From contig NC_045696.1 of assembly GCF_009834535.1 (NCBI RefSeq), positions 104,348,001-104,412,000 of the forward strand: a DNA stretch of 64,000 nucleotides. The letters run 5' to 3'. A program made the translations under genes and the position numbers. Positions 35,895 to 48,840 of the stretch are shown piece after piece (the stretch's first letter is position 1; each line of letters opens with the position of its first letter). Below the pieces are notes generated by a model, which was not told the origin of the DNA, made no database searches, and worked only from the letters and a program-made list of their open reading frames with translations. The DNA comes from Camelus ferus. Its lineage: Eukaryota.

Positions 35895-36809
35895 TGAGGC
35901 AGGCTGGGACCTGGGACCCAGGACCCTTCAGTGCAGTGCTTGCACTTGGACAAACATCTCCTTGAGCAACAGAATACAAAGAAACTGTAAGAGACTAAAT
36001 ATAACTGTATGCATGCTGTAGCACGAGTCCCACTAAAGCCTTGCCAGAATTCCTCGTTTGGCCTCTTATCAATTTTTATTTTTATTGAAGTATAGTTGAT
36101 TTACAATGTTGTGTTAATTTCTGTTGCATAGTGATCCAGTTACACACACACATACAGACACATATATTCTTTTTCATTATAGGTTGTTCCAAAATATTGA
36201 ATGTAGTTCCCTGTGCTATACAGTAGAATTTTGTTGTTTATCTATTTTATATATAGTAGTTTGTATTTTCTTATCCAAGACTCCTAATTCATCCCTCCCA
36301 ACCCCTTTCCCCTTGTAACCATAAGTTTGTTTTCTATGTGTGTGAGTCTCTTTCTGTTTTGTAAATAAATTCATTTATGTTATTTTTTTTTAGATTCTAT
36401 ATGTAAGTGGTATCATAATGATACCTGTCTTTGTCTGTCTTACTTCACTTAGTATGACAATCTTTAGGTCTATCCATGTTGCTGCAAATGGCATTATTAA
36501 ATTCTTTTTCATGGCTGAGTAGTATTCCATTGTATAAATATACCACAACTTCTTTATCCAGTCATCTGTCAATGGACATTTAGGTTGTTTCCGTGTCTTG
36601 GCTATTGTAAATAGTGCTGCTGTGAACATTGGGGTTCATGTATCTTTTTGAGTTAGAATTTTCTCTGGATATGTGCCCAGGAGTGGGGTTGCTGGATCAT
36701 AGGGTAACTTTATTTTTAATTTTTAAAGGGATCTCCATGTTGTTTTCTATAGTGGCTGCACCAAATTACAGTCCCACCAAAAAAAGTCCAAGGATCCAGG
36801 TCAGTATTA
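35895..36809 (+). mobile_element. Internally deleted artiodactyl ERV1-type LTR, interrupted by L1
   Basis: Start tgaggcaggctgggacctgggaccc..gcagtgcttgcacttggacaaacatctcc..tacaaagaaactgtaagagactaaa. 3' part taaagccttgcc..tggcctcttatcaatt | aagtccaaggatccaggtcagta. Confidence 0.65.
36073..36782 (-). mobile_element. 5'-truncated young L1 (ORF2 C-terminus and 3' UTR)
   Basis: ORF 36390-36629 MFTAALFTIAKTRKQPKCPLTDDWIKKLWYIYTMEYYSA; the 3' UTR is homologous to the 11519 copy. Confidence 0.92.
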
Positions 36810-36859
36810 AGGGAGTTCCCCCATCAGAGAGTGGACTCAACTTCTGCTTGCTCTTTATT

Positions 36860-37690
36860 GATCATGACTACAAAATGAGTAGATATTTACTTACAATAAG
36901 AAAGAAATTATATCAAATTTCATATGTTTAAAAGCTGACAAGACCAGAAAAATAATATTGTGCTTGAATCAACAGTCAGACACAGCTCTATAACTGTGTT
37001 AATATTTTACTAACTTATTTTGATAACTTATTCTTTGATCATCTCTTCATGTGGTAACAATTTTATGTTATCTTCTAGGGAGGGCAGAGAGATGTTTCAG
37101 TCATTCCTTTTGCATAGTTTGTCCAAAATTGCTTTGTATTATTTGTAGATGAGGAAAGTTTCTTTCATCCTCATGTATCTTCAGAGTAATGTAAGAATTG
37201 TAAATCTGGAAAAAACTTCTCTCTCCAGTATGTAGATCATATATTCTTTTCTTCTTGCTCTTTTGTTTCTTGTTTGGTAGTGTCTGATTCTCATAATCTC
37301 TTTCATCTCTCCTGTTGTTTCATTATCTATACTTTTTAGCTAATATGATTCCTTCCTTATCTTCGCCTGGATGAGCAGCATTTTAGTCTAGTGTGATGTA
37401 AGAGGTTTAGACATTTGGAAGCCTTTATTAGTCTGTTGTTCAGTTGATATTTTTGGCTTCCCCTAGGATAATTTCCTCCTGTCGTATTTTAGTTTTAGAG
37501 TGATCATTAATTCTGAAAATTATACAAAATTGATCTACAATTAAGAATTATACAAAGGAAATTCACATATCCTTTTGAATGCCAGTACTTTGTATTCAAT
37601 TGCATAATTGTGAAATCACAATTCACAAAACACACAATTACGAAATTTCAACAGACAGATTTCTTCAGATCATTTTCCTGCATCAGTGGT
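36860..37690 (-). mobile_element. Second Zaphod-like hAT fragment
   Basis: ttcagtcattccttttgcatagtttgtccaaaatt..gaaagtttctttcatcctca is homologous to 25380-25455. Confidence 0.55.
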
Positions 37691-37879
37691 AATTTGTATA
37701 CAGTTTTATCTGAAACTTCCAGATTTTTTGGAGGACAAATTGCATCAGCTGCACTCAGCTATGTCCTGATACATGGGGCATTTAAAACACGCTATTTCCC
37801 ACACAGACATATTCTCTGTTTGCAGTATTGCTACAGGTTTGTGCTCTATAGCATAAGAATCATGATCAAGTTTACTGTT

Positions 37880-38620
37880 CCAGAGATATGGATGTACGTA
37901 CAGTCCGGGGACGCACAAGTAGTTTGAGCTGAAGCTCAGAGTATCAGGAGAGGAGTGGAGAGAAAAGAGCCTCAATAAAGACGCAGAGATGTGGTCACAA
38001 AGGGCCTGGAGTACCATGCTAAAAGGACTCTGCCCTGGCTGATGGGGAAGCCAAAGCGGCAGGTGAGATCTGCTTTTTGAAAGTTCACTTGAAGTCATGT
38101 TGAATTAGATAGGAGTGGGGGTAATTAAGATGGGAGCTGGTGCAGCAGTATGGCTAAGAGTAGCTGTCTGTGAGAAGAGAGAAGGTCCAGATATTGGGGG
38201 AAAAATAAGAAATAGAGAAAAAAAGGACTGCATGAATGGGGATTTTCAGGGATCATGCTTCAGGTGTCTGGGTTGATGTGATGTTGAGAGAGGGGACAGA
38301 GGAAGAGAAGCAGGTTTGTTGGGGAGGGATGATAAGCTGTTTGAGGTTCTGGCAGGACATCTCAGTGCCGTTGTGCCGTGAAGGGGACCAGATGCATCCA
38401 TGGTGCTGGAGAGGGATCTGCCATAGAAGAGACTTTTGGAAGTCAGTGAAGCCACAGGCATGCACGAGCTCTTCAAAGGAGAGAGCATGACATGGAAAGA
38501 GTTGAGGACATAGCACCAAACTGTGAAATGTAACACTGAAGGCAAGAAGTGGAGGAATATGCATAGGACATGGTGAAGAAATGGTCAAAATGTAGAAGGC
38601 AGATCAGTCTCCAGGGACGT
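37880..38620 (-). mobile_element. L2 fragment
   Basis: Purine-rich antisense L2 motifs (tttgagctgaagc, gggcctggagtaccatgctaa, atggggaagcca, agatctgctttttgaaag). Confidence 0.6.
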
Positions 38621-38964
38621 TTTTCCTAAATTTGGGCATGATCCTAGAACAGGCTAGGATCAGACAGAGCTTCCAAGGAACCTCTGATTGTTGGGGAAGC
38701 CTCCAAAATGGCAAGCATGATTTCCTTTTTACAGTTCCAGGTAATTTTTCCACTTTGGCATCATCTGGCTATTGTACTAGTAATTTGAAGGAGAAAACAA
38801 CTTCCACTTTATTTTAATTTTTCCTCAGGGGGACTGGAGGAAATATAAAACCATTGGGTTCTCAGTATTTGAGATAGATATTCCATGCAATTAGTAGAGA
38901 ATGTAGACAAATACAAGATAATTGATTTTGTGTTGCATTCTATTTAGATGAATACAGTTATTCC

Positions 38965-39340
38965 TTCTTTCAGTTAGTTACCCAGAATAATGCTATGTAG
39001 CTTAACACAAGAAAGGCTTATTTCCCACTCATACTTCATGTCCACCATGGGCCAGTGGGAGTTCTGCTCCACACGGTTACTTGGGATCCAGGCTGACAGA
39101 GTCTACCATCTTGAAGCTACACCATCTAGAACATTTGGCTTCTGCAGTCACTTTAGCAGGGAAGAAGAGAGCTGATTTGTCATGTGCTGGCTTTCCAGTG
39201 CTTTGCCCTAGAAGCGATATGAACCGCTTTGATTCACAGCCCTGATTCGTGCAGCCCCATCTAACTGCATGGGCTTTAGGAATGCAGAGGAGTACATCTC
39301 TACAGTATGGTGCCCAGTACCTGTCTCTGCCCGTGCTCAA
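38965..39340 (-). mobile_element. MLT1H/I/J-type LTR
   Basis: gcttaacacaagaaaggcttatttcccactcatacttcatgtccacc..ctgctccacac..gggatccaggctgacaga. Confidence 0.65.
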
Positions 39341-40017
39341 CACTGTACTCATCCGAAGTCCCCAGAGTGAATTTATGTCATGAAATACAAGCAAAACAAT
39401 AATAAAATACCTGACAATTGATATTAACAAGTATCAGTGAAACACTTTTATTGAAAATTGTCTAGACAAATATAAATGGAAATGCATCTATGTGTGGTTT
39501 CACTGGTAGCAATTTACTTTTTAAAAACCCTCATTGTTTAGATGTTGACATATACTTGTAACATTATGACACTGATACTACGTTTATATATTTTCCAGTA
39601 TTAACTTAATTAAGAGTAGCTAGAGTATTTTTTACTATGGTTGTTTTTATATGAAGATAAGTATAGGAAATTCAAAAAATTATAGTCATGAAAAGTCTTA
39701 GCTATTTTGCCTTTGCTGTAAAACCTAATCTCTGTATGATTTAAATGTGCCATGATATGTTTCTGTCTTTGCTTTCTGTAGTAAGTGCTCAAATACTACA
39801 GAGATAAAACACACAGTCACTTGTAAAGAATTGAGTGCCAACAAAAACTTAATTCACCAATAGATTTTCTTTTCATCTCAATTTATAAGAAAATTATTAG
39901 ATTATGAAATGTTAGATTTCCCTGTTTTATTTTCCAGTATATTTGGAACTAAAAGCACTCAATACAAAGTTCCCAAGTTTGGGATTCCCAGTTATTTGGA
40001 GGAGATAAAGCTCATAT

Positions 40018-40048
<31 letters not shown>

Positions 40049-40166
40049 AAGAAAAGTCAAGGGATAGATTCATTTCCTTTTCTTGTCCTGGACACCACCA
40101 TTTCATAGGCCGAGATTGAAAGTAACACTTTTTCTTCATTTTTTAAAAAAGCAGCTTTTAGCCTTG

Positions 40167-40922
40167 TGTAAAGAAAAATACTCTCCGTTTCCCCTTTACT
40201 CAAACACTCACCATACTTCTGACAACAGATAAGTGGGTTTTCCACGCAGCAAGCAACTTTCTGTGACACCAGTTGGATGTCCTTTAATTCACTTCAATTC
40301 TGACACAGTCTACCTGGATTCAGCATCAGAGCCACAAATTAAGGGTTCAGTTCCATGAGACTGCCCCACTTCAGGCGTCGAACGCAAAGTCTCAGGTTGT
40401 GGCCTGTACTTCTGACTGATCGGGCAGAAACTGGGATTCTCACAACCCCTTCCTTGGGCCCCATAATTTGCTGGAATGGCTCACAGAACTCAGGGAAACA
40501 CTTCTGTTCACTGGTTTATTATAAGGAATATAACTATAAAGGATGTAAATGAAAAGATACAGGGTCTGGAAGGATCCTGAACATAGGAGCTCCTATCCCC
40601 ACGGGGTTGGGGTGTGCTCCTCTCCCGGCATATTAGAGGTGTTTACCAACCCAGAAGCTCTCTGAAGCTCATACTATTGGGGTTTTTATGGAGGCTTCAT
40701 CACATAGGCAAGATCAATCATTAACTCAGTCTCCAGCCTCTCTCCCCTTCCCAGAAGATAGGGATGGGGTGGGGTTAAAAGTTCCAAGCATCTAATCACA
40801 GCATGATCTCTCTGGTGACTGGCCCTCATCCTGGAGCCCACCAAGAGTCACCTCATTAGAACAAAAGACACTCCTGTATCCCAGGAAATATCAAGGGTCT
40901 TAGGAGCCCTATGTCAGGGCTC

Positions 40923-40987
<65 letters not shown>

Positions 40988-41027
40988 TCTCTATTATTTT
41001 TTCTAATATTTTTTCTATTATTTCACA
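40167..41027 (-). mobile_element. MER21-like solo LTR
   Basis: gacaccagttggatgtcctttaattcacttcaattctgacac..cacagaactcagggaaacac..gtcacctcattagaacaaaagacactcct. TG..CA ends with 5-bp TSD CCTTG (40162-40166 / 41028-41032). Confidence 0.88.
40925..40984. repeat. (TA)n microsatellite
   Basis: About 30 AT units with one interruption. Confidence 0.95.
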
Positions 41028-41599
41028 CCTTGAAGAAATTATCATATTATTTTATGTTTATCTTAAGCTCATCTTATTATATCTCAAAATAATTTTGGAA
41101 TGTTACCAGTTTTCATAGCATATAAATCACTTTCTTATTGAAAGGTTATATTTAAAAATAAAATTAGTAATTAAAACGAGTTTAATTATAATAACATCTT
41201 ATTTTTTGATTTGAATTTACCTTGAAATTTATAGAAGTTATTTGCAGCTCTTTATAAACACTTGCATATATGTCATTTTTTTTTTCTGGTCAGAACATAT
41301 TTATTTCTGAAGAAGACATTTTAAAAGAAGTTTTTAAAAAACAATTTTATAAATGGGGTTTTAGATTTTCAATTACGTTTTTTATATTGGATATTTAAGA
41401 AACATCTTTACTTACCAGATAATTTCTCTCTCTCTTTCTCACTCTTTCTCTCTGAGACTTCCAATGTATGAATATCATTTTTAAAGCTATAAGTTACTTT
41501 ACAGAATATTTGTATAAATTTATAGAACCCTAAGTTCACCACTCTTCTTTCTAAAGACCAAAGTCTTCATATTTGAAAATGAGAAGAAAGATGAATATA

Positions 41600-42075
41600 T
41601 GGTATCAGGAATCCATTTGTTTGCAAATAAGAGAAACCCAACAAACTTCGGCTTAACAGCTAATTGGGGTGGGGAAGAGGCGGGAGGGGTCCAGGATGTT
41701 ACTCTGGCTTAGCGAAGCCGCCAGGAGCCCTTTGCATCTCCCTGCAGTGTCACCCTCAGCACGCCTACCTTCTGCCTCCGGCTTATTGTCAGATGGTTAC
41801 GAGGTGGCTGCTGCTCCTTCCTGTCCTCTCATCCATGTTCCTGGCAGGAATAAGGAAGAAGAGGGAGGGCAAAGGCTACCTCCTAACAAAGCCTTGCCTT
41901 TCAATTCAGGCAAGAACATCTCCCTCAGCGTCTCCCACCTACTTATTGGCCAGAGCTGAGTGAAGTGGCCAGGCTTAGCTGCAAGGGCACCAGGAGACTC
42001 GTAGCTGTAACTGTTCTGTTCATAAGCAGGAAGTGGGAATAGATACTGAACAGGCCATTATCAGGGTTTGCTGAA
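41600..42075 (-). mobile_element. Old MLT1(L/N/O)-type LTR
   Basis: tatcaggaatccatttgtttgcaaataagagaaacccaac..ggcttaa..ttattggccagagctgag..ttagctgcaaggg. Confidence 0.6.
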
Positions 42076-43642
42076 ATCACCTGGGTTAAAATAAAGGCAC
42101 TTATGTATTTAAATACTTAACATGTACATGTTTATTTGACAAGTGGATGAGTAACATTCAACATTATTTGTAATTGGCCTCCCTTTACGATTTCCTTCCT
42201 GTAAAGAGCATCTTCTCAGAGAATTTCTCAGCTCCATTCTTATAACCTTCTGTGTCTGACACCTGGGCATTTACCCCTTTTTTGTTTTTAAATAAAAGGA
42301 TCTTTGGTTATTTTAAAAATAAAGTGAGGAGGACTCTTTTGGTTAATTCATGAGCTAACCAAGCCAACGGAAACCTAAGTAAGGAAATGCTAGAAGCTTT
42401 AACACACAAACCAAATGTATATGATTACCAGACTGTGATATGCCACATTTCCCAGCTTTCTTCTACAGTGTGCTCTGATTCCTTTTGAACTTGCCTCACG
42501 TAAAGTCCAGGGCAAGTGTTCCTGATCAGCGGGCATCTCTGCCTTAAGTGGCCCATCTGCTGGTCCTGCCGTCATTGACCATTGCTCCCAAGGATACACG
42601 TTGACCTGTGCCCAAAGTCAGTAGGGAAAGAGCCTGGAGGACTGACTGTTTATAGGAAGTTTCTAAGGTCAGGCTTGGAGTGACTGCTGTCACTTCCATG
42701 CACGTGCCATTGGCTAGAATGTCATCACAGGACCACGCCCAGTGTAGCCCTGTAGCAAGGAGGAGGCCTGGGAATTGCTCGCCAGGAAGAAAAGCAAGGG
42801 AATTTGAGAAAGAGAGAGCTGGTCCCTGCCATGCGGCTGGTTTGGCTGTTCAGCAATTACCCTGGGGCCAGTCCTAGTTGAATCTGGCAATCAGAGGTTG
42901 GTGGGGCTGTATTTCTCCCCTCCACAGTTTTACTGCAGAAGAACAGCAGAAACATGTTCTAAATTCAATTCTGAGAAAGGTACAAGAAGTCACAAAACAG
43001 TTGCACGAGCTCTGCTTGTAGACAAGGAAGTCCTCACTCCATCCTGAGTGACTGCTATGAATGCCTTGAATGAAAGGTTCACTCCCGGGCAGACCCAAAG
43101 CTATTCAAGGCATTCTGATCGTAGGACCAGCCAGCTATAAAGCTGGGGGATGGATGGATGTGGGGGCTCCCAGGGCCAGTGGAGCTCCAGACCCCAGTGT
43201 TAGTCTGATGGAAGCAGGCTGCCATGATTGCTTTTTTCTTGTTCTTAATACAAGAGCCATGGAGACCCCAGCCATCTCTGCAGGCAACCACATATCCTGA
43301 ACCACCCCGCATTTCATCAATTCAAATTATTTTATTGTTATTATTAGTGGTAGTACTAATCTGGACCTCAGGTGGAAGAAACTTGACTCAGTGAACCCTT
43401 CATGTCATGCTGTCATCATTGGTCTTTGTTCAAGGCCCCCTTCCCACTCCTGCTCTGTCCTCCCTTGCATGGGTAATCCATGTCATGTAGGTTCTTTTAT
43501 CTGTAGGTGTTCTTGAAAAAGTGTATAGTTTTGTGTCCATCCCTTGTTAATTTATATTGATTCTATTGGGCTACAGATCTCACTCTGACTTTTTTTTTCC
43601 TTTCATTATCACTGCTTTATATGATCTACTCATGTTCCTATG

Positions 43643-44068
43643 TGTGTTAGGTTGGATTTCTCAGGAAACAGACTCTGAGATAGAGATTAGCATGAAGGAA
43701 GTTTACTGGGAATGTTCTGTGCTTCAGGATCAACCCCGGAGAGAGAGGGAGGGGACGAGGGAGAGAAGCAGGACTGGGCAGTGGCAGAAACTGCCCTGTA
43801 ATGCGGATGACAGGGACCTCATAGGGAGCCCTGGAGCTGGGGCAGCCAGTGTTGTCCTGATTTAGGGCAATGGGCCTGGCTTCAAGGCATCAACCATTTA
43901 TTGGACATGGGCTTCCCTGGAACTGTGACTGGGGTGAGGACTTGCTCTGACTGAGAGCAATTCTTGGAGAGGGGTGTAGGTAAGAGCTCAGTGGCCAACA
44001 GTTCCGGGGGCTGGAGGAATAATGCTTCCGTTCTGACGGGGTGGGGAGCACACACTACTACCTGCTAC
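43643..44068 (-). mobile_element. LTR16-like ERVL solo LTR inside an old L1ME fragment
   Basis: tgtgttaggttggatttctcaggaaacagactctgagatagagatt, the reverse complement of the LTR16 3' end. Confidence 0.7.
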
Positions 44069-44179
44069 TCAACGCCTTAAGTCCCATCTTCTGTTTCTCA
44101 ACCCTGCTTCACATCCCACTGTGTTTACTTACATGTCTTTAGATGGCCTCAACTCCTGGGTACCACAGATGATGTTGCA

Positions 44180-44520
44180 ACAAACATCCCACTTACCTGG
44201 TGGATCCAAGAGAGCTTCTCTGCGGATTGTCAGAATGGAGGCCTGGGTCCTGGGTGGTGGAGCTGCTTGCTCCCCAGAGGGGCTGTCTCTGCCTGTGTTC
44301 CCACCAGCGGTGCACGAGGGTGTTTGGGCTCCAGTAACTTTTGATACTATCCAGCTCTCTAATTTTTGCCAGTTTGATATCTGATTTTGGTTCAAATTTG
44401 CATTTCTATCAGTGCTAATGGGTTTGAGAATATTTTTATATGCATTTTAGCCACTTGAGTTTCCTCTTCTTTGAATTGTCTGTTCATATTCTTTGTCCAT
44501 TTTCCTCTTGGGTTCTGAAA
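44180..44520 (-). mobile_element. Ancient L1ME fragment
   Basis: ttcccaccagcggtgcacgaggg..aatttttgccagtttgat..tttgcatttct..gaattgtctgttcatattctttgtccatttt. Confidence 0.7.
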
Positions 44521-45801
44521 AATATTTATGATCTTTCTTTAGTTAGTAAACAAACCTCCTGTATAGATTTTAATACTGATATCTAAAGAATTTAAACACC
44601 CCTCCCTGGAGTGCAGATTCCTGTTCAGAATATTTCCAGTGTTAACCATTCTTTCTCTCTCTGTTTCTCTCTGTCGCACACACACACACACAAACACGCA
44701 CACACACACAATGCTGTTTATTATGAAGTATTTTTGAAGAAATTATCGCTTCAATTATGATTATATAACAATTGTCTAGTTATTATTAACTGAGGATTTC
44801 TTTGGCGTAGCTGATTATGTGTGTTTTTTTTTTAATGCCTACTATTAATCCTTTGACATCTAAATCTACAAAAACTTATAATATTTTCTGCCATTTTGGG
44901 GCTAGAACTCATCTTACAGTCAGTGGAATCTATAAAGGAGCCGAGGGGTAGAAAGGCTGATTTTCTTACTTCTCCCTCCCTCCCTCCCTCCTAATGTCCC
45001 TCCCTTTCTCCTCTCTCTTTCTCAGGTGTATTAGTCAAAACAAGAGTCCTGGAAGCCCTGAGTTCTATGACTTTGGGGATGTTTTTAAGGTGCATGATTT
45101 TGTCTAAAACAGAATAGCCCATTTGAGGGAAATGCTTTTCATCCAGAAGAATATAAATCCCTCATAGCCATGTGATGTGCACACGAGCTGTGCCACCATC
45201 CTGGGCGCGCACGTCCCAGGCCTCTCCTTCCATACCTCCCCTCTCTCCCGGGACAGAAACGCCCTCAGGCTGGTCTGCTTTAGCTTTCCCTGGGGGAAGT
45301 TTATGTCAGTGGAAGGTTACATTCACACCGACCTATGTCGAATATACAGTTTCACTGTGTACAGACTGAATCCTCCTGGGGTCCTTACTGCAGAAACCCA
45401 GGTTGCCATCCAGATGGGCTGAAGGTGCGGAATGAGCGTGTTACCCTACCCTCGGGAAAATTCAGAGGTTCCACACCAGCTAGCGCACAGTTCCGAAACT
45501 GGTACCTTAAGTTTATTTTCTCAGCTAGAAGCGGCTATTCTTCAATGCACTTCATTGACACCACCTTTATCCTTGTGCCTGGATACCATATTTCCTCTTG
45601 TGTGAAGGAGTTGGGGAACACTGGCAGCACAGCTGGTGTAGGTAAGCTAGACATGCAGCCAAGTTGCCCATCTCTGAAAACCCTCGCAAGAGTTCCTGGT
45701 GGTGCGCAGACTGTCCCACTGCCCCTCTGTCAGACCCGCTCTAAGCCTGAGATACCTGATAGTGAAAGAAGCCTGTTTCAGAATCTGCTAGAACCAGACT
45801 G

Positions 45802-45960
45802 TTTTCTGGAGGGGGGAGCGGTGAGGGGAGGAGGTAATTAGGTTTGTTTGTTTTTTGTTTATACAGGCACTGGGGGTTGAACCCAGGACCTCCTGCATGC
45901 TAAGCATGCGCTCTACTCCTGGCCCCCTCCCTCCCCCCGCGCCCCCCACCCCCACCCCCG
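45802..45960 (-). mobile_element. tRNA-Ala-derived SINE (vic-1-like) with C-rich altered 5' end
   Basis: gaggtaattaggtttgtttg..cactgggggttgaacccaggacctcctgcatgctaagcatgcgctctac. Confidence 0.85.
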
Positions 45961-46829
45961 ACTTTCATGCTAACTATCCAGCTATTGTTGAGAGATGGAG
46001 AAGCACCAGCGGGCCTTTTTAATCAAAGTGCTCTCCCGCCTAGTGACAGAGTTGACATATTTTTGTAAAGTGAAGAGTTACTTTATCATTTATTCACAGA
46101 AGGAAATGAGACAATGCAGTTTTTCAATTTTCAAGCAGGTCATGTCTGAGAGGGCTTGCCGTTGTCCATCGCCAGGGTTGCAGATAAATAGCCACTTTTT
46201 CAGAAAGCAGCCTGCTCCTTGAGATCACTGCAGGATCCCCAGCCACCTTACCCCATGCTGAGCTAAGTCTGATGGGCACGTGGATGAGTTCTGGATTGCA
46301 GGATTTCGCACAGGAGGAGTGGTGAGGGTGTGTCTGTTATAAGTAAGTAGGTGGTGGCCAGCTCATTAACCATATCATGAGCCATGCAGCGGTTTCACTC
46401 TGTCTTGAGGTTATAGGAGTCTCTTGGTGGATTTTGAGCAACGGGAGTAGCATAATCTTAATGGACAAAATCTGAGCCCATTTGGATTAGAGAAGCCCCG
46501 TGCCTACTCTACTCACTGACTCTCCATCAGGGTGTGCATCCTGGCTGAGATGTGGTGTTTCAGGAAGTGGAACCACAGGGAGTTTTGGAGTGAGTCCTAG
46601 GGGAGGAAATGGAGAGAGAAAAGCAAGATGGAAATCCTTCCAGATCCTCAGCCCATATCTGTGCTCAGGCCTCGGTTCATTTCTGCTGGGGAAGGCACTA
46701 CTGGGAGGTGTTTCTGGAAGCTCAGATTCTCTCATCTTCCCAATGTTCATAAATGTCTGCTGCCTTCAATTACCTAAAGGTTAACTTCCTCATTTGCAGC
46801 TGAGAACCTTGACCAGTACACTTCCCATT

Positions 46830-47145
46830 TCTGCCTCTTCTATCAACTTAATCATCACTTCTTTAGGGAATATTTGGCCTTCTGATGATGGCAATTCACC
46901 CTATTATAGATACTCTTAGCTCCAGAGGTACCTCCTTTGCAGTGCTTGTAAGTGCAATTGTATCCTTATCTATGGGGTGATTTAATAATTATTTCTGTCC
47001 TCCACTCGACTAGACACTGAGCAAAGGTGGGGAGCTGGTATTGCTGTTGACCCGGTGCCTTGCACAGTGTATGGCTCACAAGAGGCACTGAGTAAGGACT
47101 GTGGAACATCTTTGGGCAACGAATAGACAAATGAATGAATGAAGA
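46830..47145 (+). mobile_element. L2 3' end
   Basis: gactagacactgagc..ggtgccttgcacagtgtatggctcacaagaggcactgagtaa..aatgaatgaatgaa tail. Confidence 0.7.
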
Positions 47146-47544
47146 CTCCAGGTTGCTCTCAGGATCATCACAGATTCCAGGACACAGAGGTCAACAGAGA
47201 CCTGGGGGATGACTTGCTGGCGTTATTGCTCTGGGAGAGGAGACCCATTTGCCCTTGTTTCTAAGTTTGTATTTCCACATAGTTTGCTCTCCTGTTGACT
47301 TTTAGACTCTCCCTGGTTTATATGATTTTTTAGCACGCATTTTATTTTTGGAACTGTAGTTGTCCGACCAGGATTTCACAGTACCTATCTGCTGTGTGCT
47401 TTGGGATTGGTTGTAGCCCAAGGCACTAAAAAGGAAAACAGTATTTGTCACTGGGCTCTGGAACCGGCACACTTATGTTGTTTCTTCAAAGGCAGCGTTT
47501 CACTCTTGAAGGCTGGTTATTTCCTAGCCATGTAGGCAGACGCT

Positions 47545-47745
47545 TGGTTCAGTAGCACAAGCACCGTGTTCAGAATCCCACATCGGTGAGGCTCTGCCGC
47601 TCACCAGCTGTATGACCTTGACAGGAGACAATCTCTCTTGAACTCAGTTCCTTTATTTATAAAATGAAGATGAAGATGTTCTCCACAAGGGACAGCTGGC
47701 AGGATTAAGTTAGAAAAGGCCAGTGAAGGAAGTGCCTGGCCAAAG
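47545..47745 (+). mobile_element. MIR SINE
   Basis: gctctgccgctcaccagctgtatgaccttgaca..aactcagttcctttatttataaaatg. Confidence 0.7.
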
Positions 47746-47959
47746 CAAGCGTCTCCCTGCTCTTTCCCCTTCCCCTCTTTCTGAAAACCCCACATTGAGG
47801 AGATAACAAGGAGGCCACCCATGGAGAGTGTTGTCCAGGCTGGACCCCAGAACCGCTGAATGAGTGAGTGAGTGAGTGAGTGGATGAAGGAAGGACTGGA
47901 TGAATGGGGAGGGGGAACACTATGACTAGTGGGTATTGGTCGTAGCTGTGTTGACACTG

Positions 47960-48140
47960 ATTATTTAGTGAATGCCTAAAGGACTGGGCATGGTGGCAGA
48001 CTCTTTATGGAAATTATCTCATTTAATTATCACAAGAGTCCTTTAAGAAAGGTACCATGATCACCATTTCATGAATGAGGAAGTGAGAGCTCAGGGAGAT
48101 GCTCACGTAACAGTGGAACCGTGACTAGTAAGTGGTTTTA
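47960..48140 (-). mobile_element. MIR SINE
   Basis: attatctcatttaattatcacaa..ccatttcatgaatgaggaagtgagagctcaggga. Confidence 0.7.
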
Positions 48141-48624
48141 CAAGGCATCGTGAGAATGTGTGTGTGCATAGGGGTATGTGCAGGTGTGTGTAGTGTTTAA
48201 CTTCATCCCAAGAAAGTGGTAGGCGCTTATGACTTGATTGTGCAGCTATTAAGTGACTGTAATCATTTGTGGTAATTAAAAGGGGAAAGGCAGATAAAGT
48301 GAAGAGTAGAACAGGAATAATGGTTTGACAATGTGACCTTGAAGAAGGGAACTCAAGGTCAATTCACAGAAGGCTTCTGGGGCTACCTTCCTGGCTTTTA
48401 GAGAGGAGAGAACTGGGCTGAAGGCCCTGACTGAGGTCAGAGGACTGTGTTTGTAGAACTTGGGAGCCAAGGCCGAGGGCCTATGTCCAGCAAAGGTACT
48501 GGTGAAGTTCACAGGCACGTAGGGAAGTCTTTGCAATGTGACCAATGTGTGTTAGCACCCAATCTTGCCCTCATAAAGGTCTCCAAGTAGCTCTGTGGTT
48601 GTAATTATGCTGGGACCCACTTTG

Positions 48625-48840
48625 GGACTGATATATGAGTTAAAAGCACCAGTTTGAGCCTGGGCGATCCTGAACTTGGGCATCACGTTGCCTCAGATAA
48701 TTCACTTAGCCTTTTTGCACTTTGTAAATGGAGATATAAATCTAATAAAAATTTTGTGAGGTTAAAATAAAATAATGCATCTAAAGCACATCACAGTTCC
48801 AGGCACCTAGTTAGTACTTAATAAAATACATGTATTAATA
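48625..48840 (+). mobile_element. MIR SINE
   Basis: ttgtaaatggagata..ttgtgaggttaaaataaaataatgcatctaaagcac..caggcacctagttagtacttaataaat. Confidence 0.7.

Noticed and set aside
45026..45089. Possible exon after a strong polypyrimidine tract (ctttctcag|)
   Set aside because: The tract is a simple CT/CCCT repeat, the nearest donor (AAG|GTGCAT) is weak, and the peptide is unrecognisable.
45335..45841. 168-aa ORF
   Set aside because: No recognisable domain, and it ends inside a SINE tail; consistent with chance.
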